The notes below the pieces were generated by a model, which saw only the letters and a program-made list of their open reading frames with translations, had not been told where the DNA came from and did not search any database. A stretch of 64,000 nt of DNA from IMG/VR virus record IMGVR_UViG_3300022602_000071; one strand, written 5' to 3'. A program made the translations under genes and the position numbers. Shown in pieces: positions 1 to 12,600 of the stretch. The first letter of the stretch is position 1; each line of letters begins with the position of its first letter. The stretch is from an uncultured virus (IMG/VR IMGVR_UViG_3300022602_000071) (lineage: Duplodnaviria > Heunggongvirae > Uroviricota > Caudoviricetes).

Positions 1-2
1 CA

Positions 3-44
3 ACTCCAGTTGCTAACGTTTCAGTAACATTAGACAACTCTTAA
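3..44 (+). CDS. 3' end of an upstream gene (...TPVANVSVTLDNS*), truncated by the window
   Basis: Open frame to TAA 42-44, followed by a second stop TGA; composition like the neighbouring structural genes. Confidence 0.5.
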   Translation, partial: TPVANVSVTLDNS

Positions 45-51
45 TGAGCAA

Positions 52-74
52 TGTAGGGGACTAGTTCCCCTACA
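52..74 (+). other. Intergenic 9-bp stem-loop (TGTAGGGGA-ctagt-TCCCCTACA), no U-tract
   Basis: Perfect inverted repeat; could be a weak terminator or an RNA processing/stability hairpin. Confidence 0.5.
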
Positions 75-91
75 CTTAAATGGAATTTTAA

Positions 92-1105
92 ATGTCAAGA
101 ATTTCTAGAATTAACGGTGACTATAGAATACAAGTAACCGCGGGCGGCAATGTTATATTAGATACTAGTAATACCGGTATCGGTACTATGGGTACTGTTA
201 CGGTATATGGCAATCTTAATGTTATTGGTACTGTGACTTATGTGGCTTCGACCAATGTAGAAATAACTGACAATATAATTAAATTGAATTACGGGCAGAC
301 TGGTAGTGGAATTGGAAACGGCGTTGGTTCTCAAACTTCAGGAATAGAAATTGAAAGAGGTGTATTAAGCCCTGCACAGATTTTATTTAATGAAACGGTG
401 AATCATTATAACCCAGTAACTTCCTCAGAGGTTGCAGGCACATTTGTTATGCGTACAGCAGATGGAACATTGTCTGGACTGCAAGTTGCTTCTATTGCAA
501 ATTCAGGAACAACAGACTTCGTGTTTGATATGCAAAATACTGGCTATGTATTGCGTGTAGCAAATGCATCTTCATATGCAACTAATATTAGTTCAGTTAA
601 CGATATTCCAAATGTTCAATATTTAAATAATTATGTATCCAGTACCTATGATTCGAGTTATCCTTATGTGCAAGGTGTAGCTCTTGTAGATAGGATTATA
701 TATCCCCCAACTAACGGTACAAATATTGGCAATGCTAACAGCAGTATAGAAACATTTTCCAGCAGCATAGTATTTCAAGTAAGCCAAACTACAATTGCTT
801 CCATGGCTACAACTGGATTAAATGTAAATAATATCAATTTATTTGGCAACACAGTTACAAATACCAGTTCAAACAATTTAATTTTGACAGCAACTAACAA
901 CAATGTTGAAGTTAATGGTGTGTTGAATTTGGATAATCAAACATGGAACAGTCCAAGTTATCCTTCTTCAGCCACTATGTTGTATGCTAGCAATACAATC
1001 GGACCAGGAAAAACTGGTTTATATTTTACAAATGCTGGTGCCGCGCATACACCAGATGAATTAATTAGTCGAAATCGTGCCGTAGTACTAAGTATTTTAT
1101 TATAA
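92..1105 (+). CDS. Virion structural / tail-fibre-like protein
   Basis: N/T/G-rich; GNLNVIGT..DNIIKLN..SGIEIERG motif typical of T4-like phage fibre proteins; hydrophobic C-terminus. Confidence 0.65.
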   Translation: MSRISRINGDYRIQVTAGGNVILDTSNTGIGTMGTVTVYGNLNVIGTVTYVASTNVEITDNIIKLNYGQTGSGIGNGVGSQTSGIEIERGVLSPAQILFNETVNHYNPVTSSEVAGTFVMRTADGTLSGLQVASIANSGTTDFVFDMQNTGYVLRVANASSYATNISSVNDIPNVQYLNNYVSSTYDSSYPYVQGVALVDRIIYPPTNGTNIGNANSSIETFSSSIVFQVSQTTIASMATTGLNVNNINLFGNTVTNTSSNNLILTATNNNVEVNGVLNLDNQTWNSPSYPSSATMLYASNTIGPGKTGLYFTNAGAAHTPDELISRNRAVVLSILL

Positions 1106-1114
1106 GGAACAATT

Positions 1115-1453
1115 ATGGCATTAACAACAACATTAATAAACGCATCTAATCAAACAGTTTATACAAGCTCGGCAACTAGTCCTGTACTAGGTAACGCTAT
1201 AACCAGTATCATTTTGTGTAATACTAGTAACAGCACCAGCGCTACTGTTACTATATATGCTGTTCCAAACAGCGCAGGATCAGTTGGTGCCGCTAGTGCT
1301 AGCAACATGATAGTTAATGCTTTGCCAATTCCAGCAGGAGAAACTGTTAGTTTAGACCAAGAAAAATTAGTATTAAGCAATAATGACACTATAGTTGCTG
1401 TAGCCAGTGTTGGCGCAACCATATCTATTTTAATCAGCACTTTACCAGTATAA
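1115..1453 (+). CDS. Small beta-rich virion protein (paralogue family with 5693, 21347, 21688)
   Basis: AAGGA SD; T.VYT...ITSIILCN...IPAGET...EKLVL pattern shared with the paralogues. Confidence 0.7.
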   Translation: MALTTTLINASNQTVYTSSATSPVLGNAITSIILCNTSNSTSATVTIYAVPNSAGSVGAASASNMIVNALPIPAGETVSLDQEKLVLSNNDTIVAVASVGATISILISTLPV

Positions 1454-2532
1454 TGAGATATCTTAAACAACGAAACCTCAGTAGAAGAATAGTCAATGAT
1501 ACGACTCTATATTCAGATGTCACTAATACTAACATCTATATGAGTCCTGTAAATCAGGGAAGTTTTACTCCACCAAGCGGATCTACTGGACAAGCACCGT
1601 CAAGTCCTACTCAAGGTATGATGCGATATAACAGTACTACTAATGAAATGGAAGTTTATCAAGGTGCAAGTCCAACTTGGAGAGCTTTGCGTTACAAAGA
1701 ATCTACTGGTATTACACAACAAAATTTAGGAGCCGGAGATGGCCTTAATTTATATTTTGGGCCATTGAATCCGGCACCTCCCACAGTAGTGCAGACTGGA
1801 AGTGGTAGTAGCAGTGGACAATACAGTACCAATGCAGCTTGGGGCGGTCAGAATATTTTAGTAGTAGTTGAAAATGTTTTACAATTAAACAATATCAACT
1901 ACACAGTTGTTCAAAATCCTAGTATTGCCGGCGAAACATATATTGGATCTCTTAGTGTAGCTGCTGGCACAGGATCAACAATATTGTATTTTAATACAAG
2001 TTTAAATGTGACCTCAGCAAGTTGGACTAGTAATGTTGCTACGGTTACAGTATCAAATACTGTTTCTACACAACCTGGATTTGCAATTGGCGCAACAATA
2101 ACAGTTGCAGGTATTACTTCGTCTGGACAAACTCCTAGTGCATTTAACGGAGTATTTACAGTTACCGGATCAACAGCAACTACAGTTACTTACGCATTAA
2201 CAACTAATCCAGGAACTTATCAAAACGGAGGATCAGTTACTGCAAGCGGCAGCACTCCGGCTGTATTTCCAGCTGTACCTCTTACTGGCGCAACTGTTAG
2301 CGGATTTAATATCTATAGTGGAGCACTTCTTACTGGTGTTGCAATAACTGATCCAAATACTGGAGCATTGATTAGTATTTCTCAGAATCATGCTCCTACT
2401 GGTTCTATACCTGTGAATACAGCTATCACTATTGCTGAAGGTTCTCAATCAGGATCTGGTTACTATTTAAAATTTAGCACACCAGTGCCTTACGGTAAAG
2501 TAGTTGTAGCATTGATCGGATTTGATCAGTAA
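1453..2532 (+). CDS. Virion structural protein with fibre motif GMMRYN..EVY.G..W and an inserted beta module
   Basis: TAATG coupling to the upstream gene; motif shared with 2549 and 4181. Confidence 0.65.
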   Translation: MRYLKQRNLSRRIVNDTTLYSDVTNTNIYMSPVNQGSFTPPSGSTGQAPSSPTQGMMRYNSTTNEMEVYQGASPTWRALRYKESTGITQQNLGAGDGLNLYFGPLNPAPPTVVQTGSGSSSGQYSTNAAWGGQNILVVVENVLQLNNINYTVVQNPSIAGETYIGSLSVAAGTGSTILYFNTSLNVTSASWTSNVATVTVSNTVSTQPGFAIGATITVAGITSSGQTPSAFNGVFTVTGSTATTVTYALTTNPGTYQNGGSVTASGSTPAVFPAVPLTGATVSGFNIYSGALLTGVAITDPNTGALISISQNHAPTGSIPVNTAITIAEGSQSGSGYYLKFSTPVPYGKVVVALIGFDQ

Positions 2533-2548
2533 CACTTAGGAGTTATAC

Positions 2549-4063
2549 ATGGGGCGAGAACTTGGTAGAATAAGTGGCCCGTTACTGTCAGATAATCTAC
2601 TTCGTAACGGTACAAATCTTGCCTTTGAAACTAAATTACTATATTTTGATGTAGTTAACAAGCGTGTAGGAATTAATTTCTCTAGTCCTACTAATGATTT
2701 ATTCATCCATAGCACAACAAATACTGTAAATCTAAATGTAACTACTAGTGCTAGTCTTGGCTCAAATATTGATGTATCTACAAATCAGATACAAAATGTT
2801 ATCAGCAGTATTACTATAAGTCCAAATCAAAGTAGTAATCCTAATATCATAACTCCAGGATTAAGCACAGCAAATTTATATTTGTATAGTAATACTATTA
2901 GTGATACAGTCACTAACGACAGCATTTATATCACAGCTAATGGTACTGGTGCAATTAATTTAAATAATGATACTACAATAACAGGTAATCTGCATGCCAC
3001 TGGTAATATTACTTGGGATGGAAACATTACATTAGGTAGTAATAGTGGAGATACTATTGATTTTGCTGCAGAAATTAAAAGTGATATTATTCCCAGCGCA
3101 AATTTGACAGACAACTTAGGTTCAAGCAGTTTACAATGGAATAATTTATACATTAATGATGCTATTGGTAATTTTACGCTACCTGATTTTACAATTGCTG
3201 GTAATAGTATTGCTGGTACTGTAGTAAATAGCAATGTTAATATAACAGCTAATGGCAGCGGAACAACTAATATTGAATACTTAAGCTGGGCAAATAATAA
3301 CATTACTAATGTATGGCCTTCTTCATCAAACAATACTCAAAACAGTATTATATTTTATCCCAATGGTTCTGGAAATATCCAGATTAATTCTACAACCAGT
3401 TTAATTTTACCAATAGGAGATGATGCTACTAGAAGTTTATCTATTAATGGTGAAATAAGGTACAATGATCTAAATAATAATATTGAAGCGTATAGCAATA
3501 CTGGTTATGTAAATTTAATTGATTTATACAGTCAAGACCATCAAACTTATATAACTGGGGAGCTAGCACCAGGAGTTGCTGATAATACTTTAAGATTTGG
3601 TGTTGCTGGAACAGTTACTACAACTATCACTGACACTACACTACAAACAAATCAATTAGCTAGCGGAAATGTTGCTGTTACTGCTAACACAATAAAAAAT
3701 AATACACTAAATGCAGATCTACAAGTGTTAGCAAACGGTAATGGGCTAGTGGAATTTGCTAGCGCATTGACTCTTAGTAATTCTTCTAATTTTAATAATT
3801 TGACTGGATCCACATTTCAATTTAACTCTACAGGATATGGATCATTTAAATTCACAGGATCTAATGGATTGGTTATTCCTGTAACAGAAACTACAGTTGG
3901 CCCTGTTCAAGGTACAGTTAGGTACAATCCTACTTCAGAAACTGGAGAAATTTATTCGAATACATACGGTTGGATGCCATGGGTAGGTGCTACCAATAGT
4001 ACAATTACTAGTAGCCAAGGGTCTGACTTATCTGTGATATACACGCTTATGCTTGGCTTCTAA
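2549..4063 (+). CDS. Tail-fibre-like protein, paralogue of 4181
   Basis: AGGAG SD; N-terminus GRISGPLLSDNLLRNGTNLAFET; repeated ITANGTG units. Confidence 0.7.
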   Translation: MGRELGRISGPLLSDNLLRNGTNLAFETKLLYFDVVNKRVGINFSSPTNDLFIHSTTNTVNLNVTTSASLGSNIDVSTNQIQNVISSITISPNQSSNPNIITPGLSTANLYLYSNTISDTVTNDSIYITANGTGAINLNNDTTITGNLHATGNITWDGNITLGSNSGDTIDFAAEIKSDIIPSANLTDNLGSSSLQWNNLYINDAIGNFTLPDFTIAGNSIAGTVVNSNVNITANGSGTTNIEYLSWANNNITNVWPSSSNNTQNSIIFYPNGSGNIQINSTTSLILPIGDDATRSLSINGEIRYNDLNNNIEAYSNTGYVNLIDLYSQDHQTYITGELAPGVADNTLRFGVAGTVTTTITDTTLQTNQLASGNVAVTANTIKNNTLNADLQVLANGNGLVEFASALTLSNSSNFNNLTGSTFQFNSTGYGSFKFTGSNGLVIPVTETTVGPVQGTVRYNPTSETGEIYSNTYGWMPWVGATNSTITSSQGSDLSVIYTLMLGF

Positions 4064-4072
4064 TTAAAAGCG

Positions 4073-4079
4073 ATAAATA
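4073..4079 (+). promoter_or_regulatory. T4-type late promoter (ATAAATA)
   Basis: Intergenic match to the gp55 consensus TATAAATA just after a stop codon. Confidence 0.6.
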
Positions 4080-4087
4080 CTTTTGAT

Positions 4088-4180
4088 TATAGAAAAGACC
4101 AATTTTCTATATGGTTAAACTGTGGTAAACCCGCAATGTAAGGTGGTTAACCGTGAAACACGGGGTATACGGGAGCGTAA
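4088..4180 (+). ncRNA. Candidate structured 5' leader RNA
   Basis: Several hairpins: TATAGAAAA/TTTTCTATA, GGTTAA/TTAACC enclosing TGTGG/CCGCA, and CCGTG/CACGG; unusually long and partly GC-rich intergenic stretch. Confidence 0.45.
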
Positions 4181-5689
4181 ATGGCTGTTGGTCGAATTTC
4201 AGGTCCGCTCTTAAAGGATAATTTGCTTCGTAACGGGGTAAATTTAGCTTTTGAGACGAACCTTCTCTTTTTGGATGTTATTAACAGCCGAATAGGTATT
4301 AATACAGCCACGCCACAATACGACCTAGATGTCAACGGCACTACCCGTACTACCAATTTAAATGCAACAACTAATGCTAACATAGCTACCTTTACCTTTA
4401 ACGGTAATACAATCAGTAGCACTAGCAATACAATTAACTTTTTACCAACTGGTACAAACCCTACAGTATTTTCAGGCGTAGTTTCTGTTGGTAATTTAAA
4501 TCTTACAACAAATACTATTAGTGCTACAAATACTAATGGTTCGATTAATATCACCGCTAATGGCACTGGTGGAATTAATTTAGGTAATACTAATGGCAAT
4601 GTCCAAGTTACTGTAACTGGTAATTTGCATGCTACTGGAAATATTACAGCAGACGGCAATATCGTACTTGGTGCAAATGCTGGCGATACTGTTACATTTG
4701 ATGGTGAGGTTAATAGCGATATTATTCCAAGTGCAAATATAACTTATAATTTAGGTTCTAATAGTTTAAAATGGAATAATTTGTATGTTGGTACTGTAAA
4801 TGCTACTACAATAAATGGTGGAAATGTTCAAATTAGTGGAAACACAATTACCACAACTAATATTAACGGAACATTGTATATTACAGCCAATGGAACCGGA
4901 AGTGTACAAGTTCAAAATTTAAGTATTTACAATAATATTATCAGTAGTGTAAATTCAAATGCAAATATAGTATTGACTCCACAGGGTACTGGTAGTGTAA
5001 TAATTAACAACAATGGCAGTTTACTAATACCAGTTGGTAACACCGGCCAACGACCTGCTGGTGCAAATGGTATGATTAGGTATAATACCATTACTAATCG
5101 ATATGAAGGTTATGCAAATGGTTACTGGACAAATTTAGGCGGAGTACAAAGTGTTGATGGAAATACTTATATTACTACTGAAAGTTCTCCAGGTGCAGGT
5201 AATAATGTAATAAATTTTTATGCAGGTGGTGTTAATACAGCTTATATTAATAGCACACAACTTTACACAATTGATTTTAAAACAGCTAACATCGACATTA
5301 GCGGAAACACAATTAGTACATATACTTCAAATACCAATTTAAATTTAACGCCAAATGGAACTGGTAGTGTAACAATAGGTACAGTACAGTTTAATGGAAA
5401 TAGTATTACTAATACGACAACTAACCAGATTACTCGATTTAATTCTACAGGTTATGGATATTATCTTTTTGGTGGAACTTATGGTGTAACGATTCCATCA
5501 GGAAATGGAACTAGTGATCGACCACCAACTTTGTACAGTCAAACGGGCATGGTTAGATTTAATACAGACCAAGAAGCGGTTGAAGTATTTAACGGAGCAA
5601 CATGGGGCAGTATTGTAGGTAATGCAGGTGGTATTAATAGCTCGCAAGCCAGCGACATTAGTATAGCAACTGTATTAACTTTTGGATAA
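4181..5689 (+). CDS. Tail-fibre-like protein, paralogue of 2549
   Basis: GGGAG SD; GRISGPLLKDNLLRNGVNLAFET; GM(I/V)R(Y/F)NT motif twice. Confidence 0.7.
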   Translation: MAVGRISGPLLKDNLLRNGVNLAFETNLLFLDVINSRIGINTATPQYDLDVNGTTRTTNLNATTNANIATFTFNGNTISSTSNTINFLPTGTNPTVFSGVVSVGNLNLTTNTISATNTNGSINITANGTGGINLGNTNGNVQVTVTGNLHATGNITADGNIVLGANAGDTVTFDGEVNSDIIPSANITYNLGSNSLKWNNLYVGTVNATTINGGNVQISGNTITTTNINGTLYITANGTGSVQVQNLSIYNNIISSVNSNANIVLTPQGTGSVIINNNGSLLIPVGNTGQRPAGANGMIRYNTITNRYEGYANGYWTNLGGVQSVDGNTYITTESSPGAGNNVINFYAGGVNTAYINSTQLYTIDFKTANIDISGNTISTYTSNTNLNLTPNGTGSVTIGTVQFNGNSITNTTTNQITRFNSTGYGYYLFGGTYGVTIPSGNGTSDRPPTLYSQTGMVRFNTDQEAVEVFNGATWGSIVGNAGGINSSQASDISIATVLTFG

Positions 5690-5692
5690 AAA

Positions 5693-6253
5693 ATGACAAC
5701 AGTATTTAAAAATAGACTAGCAACTAGTATAAATGGAACTACTACTACCTTATCGATAACATCAGTTACTGCTAGTAGCCCTTCTGCTGGATCAGTAACA
5801 TTGGGATTTTCAACTCAAGCAACAATTCCGTATCCAATTGGTAGTTACATTTATATTTCAGGAATTAGTGTATTAAATTATAATGGTGGTTATATTGTAA
5901 CTGGTGCAACAACTAGCAGTGTAACTTATTCAAATTCAACTACTGGTGCAGCTACCGGCGGTACTATTGTGAATACTATATTAACTTCTAATTCTTCTGC
6001 GGTTACAACAGTTATTGGACTTAGTTTAACCAACACTAGTTCAGAAGTAACATTAGCAACAATTCAATTGCAAGATACACTGGCAGGTACAACAGCTTAC
6101 TACATTAGTAATGCAGCAATTCCTGCTTATCAAAGTTTACGAGTAGTTTCAAACGGTGAAAAATTAGTTTTAGGAAATAGTAATAATGTTTTTATTACTT
6201 CTAGTATTCCAAACACATTAGATTTAGTAATGAGTTGGGTAGAAATAAGTTAA
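5693..6253 (+). CDS. Small beta-rich virion protein carrying an inserted module
   Basis: MTTVFKN...TTVIGLSLTN...IP..QSL..GEKLVL, similar to 1115. Confidence 0.65.
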   Translation: MTTVFKNRLATSINGTTTTLSITSVTASSPSAGSVTLGFSTQATIPYPIGSYIYISGISVLNYNGGYIVTGATTSSVTYSNSTTGAATGGTIVNTILTSNSSAVTTVIGLSLTNTSSEVTLATIQLQDTLAGTTAYYISNAAIPAYQSLRVVSNGEKLVLGNSNNVFITSSIPNTLDLVMSWVEIS

Positions 6254-6263
6254 GGAGAATAAC

Positions 6264-6623
6264 ATGGCATATGTAGGTCAAATAGATCCCAATCAAATTA
6301 TTGGCAGTAAGCCAAGATTTTTCTATGGTTTAAGAAGAACAGATGCCGGTGATTTATATATTCAGAAAATTGATACTATCTACGCAACAGATACAGCATT
6401 TATAAACAATGCAGGTGATCAAACACAAAATTATCTTTTGCTAGATGAAGGAGTAGATTTCTTCGAAGGCAGAGATGTTTATCATAATATTGTCTATCCA
6501 AATTTAAATTACGAACAATACAGATGGGATGAAGTAAGTATTAATTATTATATAGATTCTGCAGGAGAACTTGTGGCTAGGATCAATCAAACTTATTCAT
6601 ATCCAGCATCAAATCAAGCATAA
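6264..6623 (+). CDS. Hypothetical protein, probably structural
   Basis: AAGGAG SD; tiles the operon. Confidence 0.65.
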   Translation: MAYVGQIDPNQIIGSKPRFFYGLRRTDAGDLYIQKIDTIYATDTAFINNAGDQTQNYLLLDEGVDFFEGRDVYHNIVYPNLNYEQYRWDEVSINYYIDSAGELVARINQTYSYPASNQA

Positions 6624-6635
6624 AGGTATCAGACA

Positions 6636-9600
6636 ATGACTCAATTTAGAATAGACCGTCTTAGATTTACTTGGAAAGGCAATTGGACTGGCGCAACAGT
6701 TTACAACAAAGATGATATTGTCCGTTATGGTGGTAAAGCCTATGTTTGTCTAGTAGGACATACTAGTACGGCTGTAACTCAAACTTTATTAACTGGTCAA
6801 GAAATAATTACTGGATTCTATACAGATTTAAATCAAATTAACACCAATGTAACTCCTAATGTGCCAAATCCTTATTGGACATTATGGATCGATGGTTATA
6901 GTTGGCAAGGTGTGTGGGTAAACAACACATTGTATAATGCCGGAGATGTTGTCAGCTATAACGGCACAATTTATATTTGTAATACTCCTCATGTGAGTGT
7001 ACCAAGTAACTTATCTTTATTACTTAGTTCTTGTGTGCCCAGTTCTCCGACTACTGGTTCAGTTACTTACAATTTTACGCCACAAAGCATAACTCCATTC
7101 CTAGTAGGATCTAACGTAACTGTTGCAGGATTTTCAACTTCAGGTTTTAATGGAACATTTGCAGTTACAGCTAGTACTTTATCTAGTGTAACTGTTAGCA
7201 ATAGTACAACAGGATCATCGTCGTCAGTATCGGCAACCATTTCTGGACAGATTCAGTTAGGGCTTGAATACAATCAAAGCTATTGGTCTTATTATGAAAT
7301 TAATGATTACTGGATTGGTGTATGGACCACTGGTTACAGATATAAAGTAGATGATATAGTAAAATATGGCGGAACTATATATCGTGCAACCGCTGCACAT
7401 GTTAGTAGCAACTTGTTAGAAACAGATATTGCCAACTGGCAAGTAGTAATTTATTCAGATAAGTGGACTACAGATTGGACTTTGAACACACATTATCGAG
7501 TAAACGATGTAGTTAGATACGGAGGTATAGTTTATCGTTGTCTAACTGCACATAATAGTGCATCTACTAATAACGATCCTAGCATTGCACCACCAGGCAT
7601 TCCAGGCGGACTTGAAGCAAATCAATCTAATTGGCAAGTGGTTATTAGCGGTACTGAGTATAAATCCTTATGGTCGTCAAATTTCAGGTATAAACTAAAT
7701 GATACAGTAAAATATGGTGCTAATATATATCAAGCCACAATAGGACATCAATCTGGATCACTGTTTGACATTGGTAAATGGTCGTTATATTTGCCAGGAC
7801 AAGAATATAGAAATTCTTGGAATGGAAGTATATACTATGTTTTAGGAGATGTAGTAGATTATGGTGGTAATAGTTATGTAGCTATTGCAAATAATCTAAA
7901 TCAAGATCCTAGCACCAGTTCTCTTTCATGGTCATTACTGACCATTGGTTATTTGATTGTAGGAGAATGGAATAATACCTCTAGTTATCAGCCTGGAGAT
8001 GTAGTAAGAAGACATGGTAATTTATATGTTGCTATAACAGACAGTGCGGCTTTTGATCCAAACACAACACCTAATTCTGCATGGACTTTGATTGTTTCAG
8101 GAACACAGTGGCAGAATCGTTGGGCGCCAGCTACTCAGTATGATGTAGGCGACATAGTAACATACTTAGCAACCAGTTATGTATGTATTCTTCAGCATAC
8201 TTCAACATCGGGCGGTGGCGGAAATAGTCCTATTGCCGATATTAGTCAAACTTATTGGAATGTTTTTGTTCAAGGTGATCATTTTGAAGTATTGGCTAAC
8301 TTAGGTGATATAACAACTTATAATACAGTTACCAAACAGACAGCAGTACCAATAGGTTCAGTAGGAAATGTATTAAAATCAAATGGCATACAACCTTATT
8401 GGCAAGCCTTTGGTCAAGTAAACGATGTATACTATGTTTCTGCTACCACAGGTGTTGATGCTCCAGGGTATGGTCTTACATTAAATGCTCCTTTTGCTAC
8501 AGTCGCCTATGCATGCAACTATGTTCAAAATGGTGCTTATTATCAAAATACAGCTTATCTCTTGAGTTCTAATAAGCAATGGATGATTGCTGAAATGTAC
8601 AATTGGATGGTTTACGAAAAAACTAACAGCATCAGTCCGTTTAGCCCAACATCATCTTATGATCAATACAAGACTCAGCGAGATGCTGAATATATAATTG
8701 ACAGTATAATCTATGATATAACTAGAGGAGGTAATAGTCAGACTGTGGCGTCTGCTTTATCTTTTTTTATTCCAGGAACAAATACTTTTTTAACAACAAA
8801 TATTGCTAGCGAAATTCAATTTTTTACAGCTTCTTTATCAGAACTGGCAAATCTTATGCAGAATGCTATAACTAACACAGCTCCGACTTATAGTTATCAA
8901 GCATTAACTGGTTTAACAAGCGCTTATTCTGTTACAGTTACTGGCGCTAGCGGAAATGGTTCCACAGCTACATTAACTTTTGGTACTCAAACAAATATTC
9001 CTTTTACCATAGGTGAAAGTATTTTGATTTCTAGTATAAGTCCAACCGTATATAATGGCACATTTACTGTAACTTCAGTTAGTCCTACCAGCGTAAGTTT
9101 TTCTTCAACAGCCACAGCTGCATACAATAGTGGAGGATCGATAGTTGGATCTGCACTAGTTCAAAATATAGACGGAACGAGGCCAGCTGAAAATGGTGCA
9201 ACTGTGGTAGTAAGTTCCTTAATGAATATAATTATTACAGCATTGACTAATCAAAGTACAGCATCGCTTCCTCCTACTAACACAGGAGTAACTAGCACTA
9301 TCAATATTAAAGATGGTACTTACAATGAAATAATACCAATAATAGTTCCAGAAAATACAGCTCTTGTCGGTGATGAGTTAAGAGGCACTATAGTACAGCC
9401 TTCACAGACTTCTGCTACTTTTACAGGAAGCATAAGCGGAAGCACTTTAACTGTTACAGGACCAGTAACTGGCACAATTGTGATAGGGATGTGGGTATCA
9501 GCTTCTACCATGTATTACCCAACACAAATCACAAGTTTTGTAAGCGGAATAAGTGGCGGTGCAGGATTATATACAGTTAATTTAAGTCAAACAATCAGTA

Positions 9601-12600
9601 CAATTTCGATGACAGCAGGATATATTACTGGGAACATGTTCTATTGTCGAAACGGTAGCGGAATTAGGAATATGACTCTCAGCGGTTTAACTGGTTCATT
9701 AGGTCCGTTGAATACTTATCTAACAGGAAGACCAACTGCCGGTGCTTATGTGAGTTTAGATCCAGGTTTTGGACCTCAAGATACTAGTGCATGGATTTTT
9801 CGAAAAAGCCCTTATGTACAGAATGTAACTACATTTGGTTCTGGTTGTGCGGGTTTAAAAATTGATGGATCATTACATGCTGGAGGAAACAAATCTATTG
9901 TTGCTAATGATTTTACTCAAGTGTTAAGTGATGGTATCGGTGTATGGGCTACTGGATCAGGCGCATTGACTGAATGTGTTAGCGTGTTTACCTACTACAA
10001 CCATGCAGGATATTTGTCAGAATTAGGTGGCAAAATTCGAGCGACAAATGGTAATAATTCTTACGGAACATATGGTAGTGTTGCAGAAGGATATGATATT
10101 TTAGAAGTTCCTCTGACAGGTACAGTTAACAATGAGTATTACCCAGCACAAGTTGTTTCTGCATTTGCTGGGCAAGCACAGAATAAAATTCTTTTATTAG
10201 AATTTAGTAATTGTGGAGAAACTTATACAAATGCCAGTATAGCATTTAGCGGCGCTGGTACTGGAGCATCGGTTGTAGTATCAGAGTTTAGAGATAATGC
10301 TATATTTGAAGCGCATCTTACTGGAGCAAGCGCAGGGCTTGGCGGATCTGGATATATTACAGCAGGAAATCAAGCTCAAGGCGGAAATACAACAACAATT
10401 GTAATTGCGCAGAATGATCCTAATACTATTACCAACTATCAAGGCATGCGTATTATAATTGTTAGTGGAACTGGTGTTGGACAATATGGATATATAAATG
10501 CTTATAATACAACTAGTAAAACTATAACAGTTTTTACAGAAAGTTCAGGTGTAGCAGGTTGGGATCATGTTATTCCGGGATATCCGATAGCATCTTTATT
10601 AGATTCTACAACTCAATACAGTATCGAACCGAGACCACAATTTTCTAATCCTCCATTTGTTCCAAACTCAACAGTGTTGCCAGCAGCCGGTATATGGATT
10701 AGTACAGCATACGGTAACGGAATATTTGTAACTATCGACGGATCAGGATTAAGTGCTTACAGTTCAAACGGAATAGCTTGGAGTCCAGGATCTATATTGC
10801 CAGTTGGAACTTATACTTCACTAGCTTATGGTTCTGTCCCAAATCTATTTGTAGCAGTTACTGGAGGATTAGGCGGAGCCTCTACAACCGCTGCTTACAG
10901 TTCAAATGGATCAACCTGGTCGTCAGCTGTGCTACCAGTTAGTGCGGTATGGAATAGTGTAACTTATGGTAATGGTTATTTTGTTGCTATAGGAACTAGT
11001 GCATATTTAGGTTCAGGAAACTCTGTCGCAGTAAGTACCAATGGAACCACATGGACAAGCGGAGGAAATTTACCCAGCAGCCAACAATGGTCTAGTGTAG
11101 CATACGGCTTAGTAACCAATACATTTGTTGCTGTGTCTACCGGAACATCTAATACAGCTGCTTACAGTACAAATAATGGTGTTACTTGGACAGCTACTAC
11201 GCTACCCAATACAGCCAATTGGGTAGGAGTAACCTACGGCAATAACAGATTTGTAGCGGTGAGCAGTTCTTCTTTGTATTCTGCCTATAGTCTCGACGGG
11301 ATAACTTGGTCTGCATCTAACGGGCTGCCAAGTACAGCTCAATGGACAGCAGTGTCTTATGGGCAGGGACTATTTATGACCATAGCCTACAGCAGTAGTT
11401 CTGCCGCTACTAGTCAAGACGGAATTAATTGGGTATCTCGATCTGTATCGACAAGTGCAAATTGGACTAGTTTAGCTTTTGGAAATCCGGCTATCAGCGG
11501 AAATGTGACACCTACTTGGGTAGCAGTATCAACTACTGGTTCTAGTGTAGGATTAAATATATCTGCAGGTGCTACTGCAATGGGTAGAATTGTAGTCACT
11601 GGCAGTGCAATTACCCTAGTAAAAATATGGGATCCTGGTTCTGGTTACACCAGTGTGCCTTCAATTACTATTACTGATCCCAATGTGTTAATCAATGGAG
11701 GATCTAATGCTAATATTGTCTGTAGATTAGGCAAAGGAGTTTTATGTCAGCCTACATGGGTTAATAGAGGACAAAATTATCAAACAACTACCACAGTTGT
11801 CACAGTTTCGGGTAATGGTTATGCAGATATCTACCAAGGTACTGATGGATTTTTAATAGCACAAGGTATAACGGTTCAACCTACACCGGGAGCTAATCTA
11901 GTAATATCTGGTATAGTTTTTCAATACAGTATTACAGCAATTTTTCCTTTAGGAGGAACAACATATAAATTTACATTAAGTGTAAATTTAGACAACGCTC
12001 AAACTCCGTTGCATGGAACCACTATAACCATTCGTTTGAAGTATAGTCAAGTTCGTTTAACTGGACATGATTTTTTATACATTGGTACAGGTAATTTTAA
12101 TAATACCAATTATCCCAATGTTCCAATTCAAAATGCCTTACAAAATCAGCAAGTACAATATAATAATGCTGGTCGTGTATTTGTTATGTCTACAGATCAA
12201 GATGGTAATTTTAAAGTTGGTAATTTATTTGGAGTTCAACAAGCCACTGGTATCGTTACGATTAGTGCTAGTTTATTTAATTTAAGCGGAGTAACGGCAT
12301 TGAGTTTAGGAGGTGTATCTGTTGGCCAAAATGCCGTTATCATAACTCAGTTCTCAACAGACAGCTATTTTATAGCAAACAGTGATGCAATAATTCCAAC
12401 CCAAAGAGCGATTAAAAGCTATATTGCTAGAGCTGTAAGTACTGGAGGTGCTAACGCCGCGGCTGGCACAGTAATTGCTGGCCTAGTGGGCATTGGAAAC
12501 AAAGGTATTAATCAAGCCGTCATTTATAATACTGCGGGTACTCAGATTAGAGTTTTAAATAAAATAAATTTTACAGGACAAGGTAATGGCGTCCCTACCG

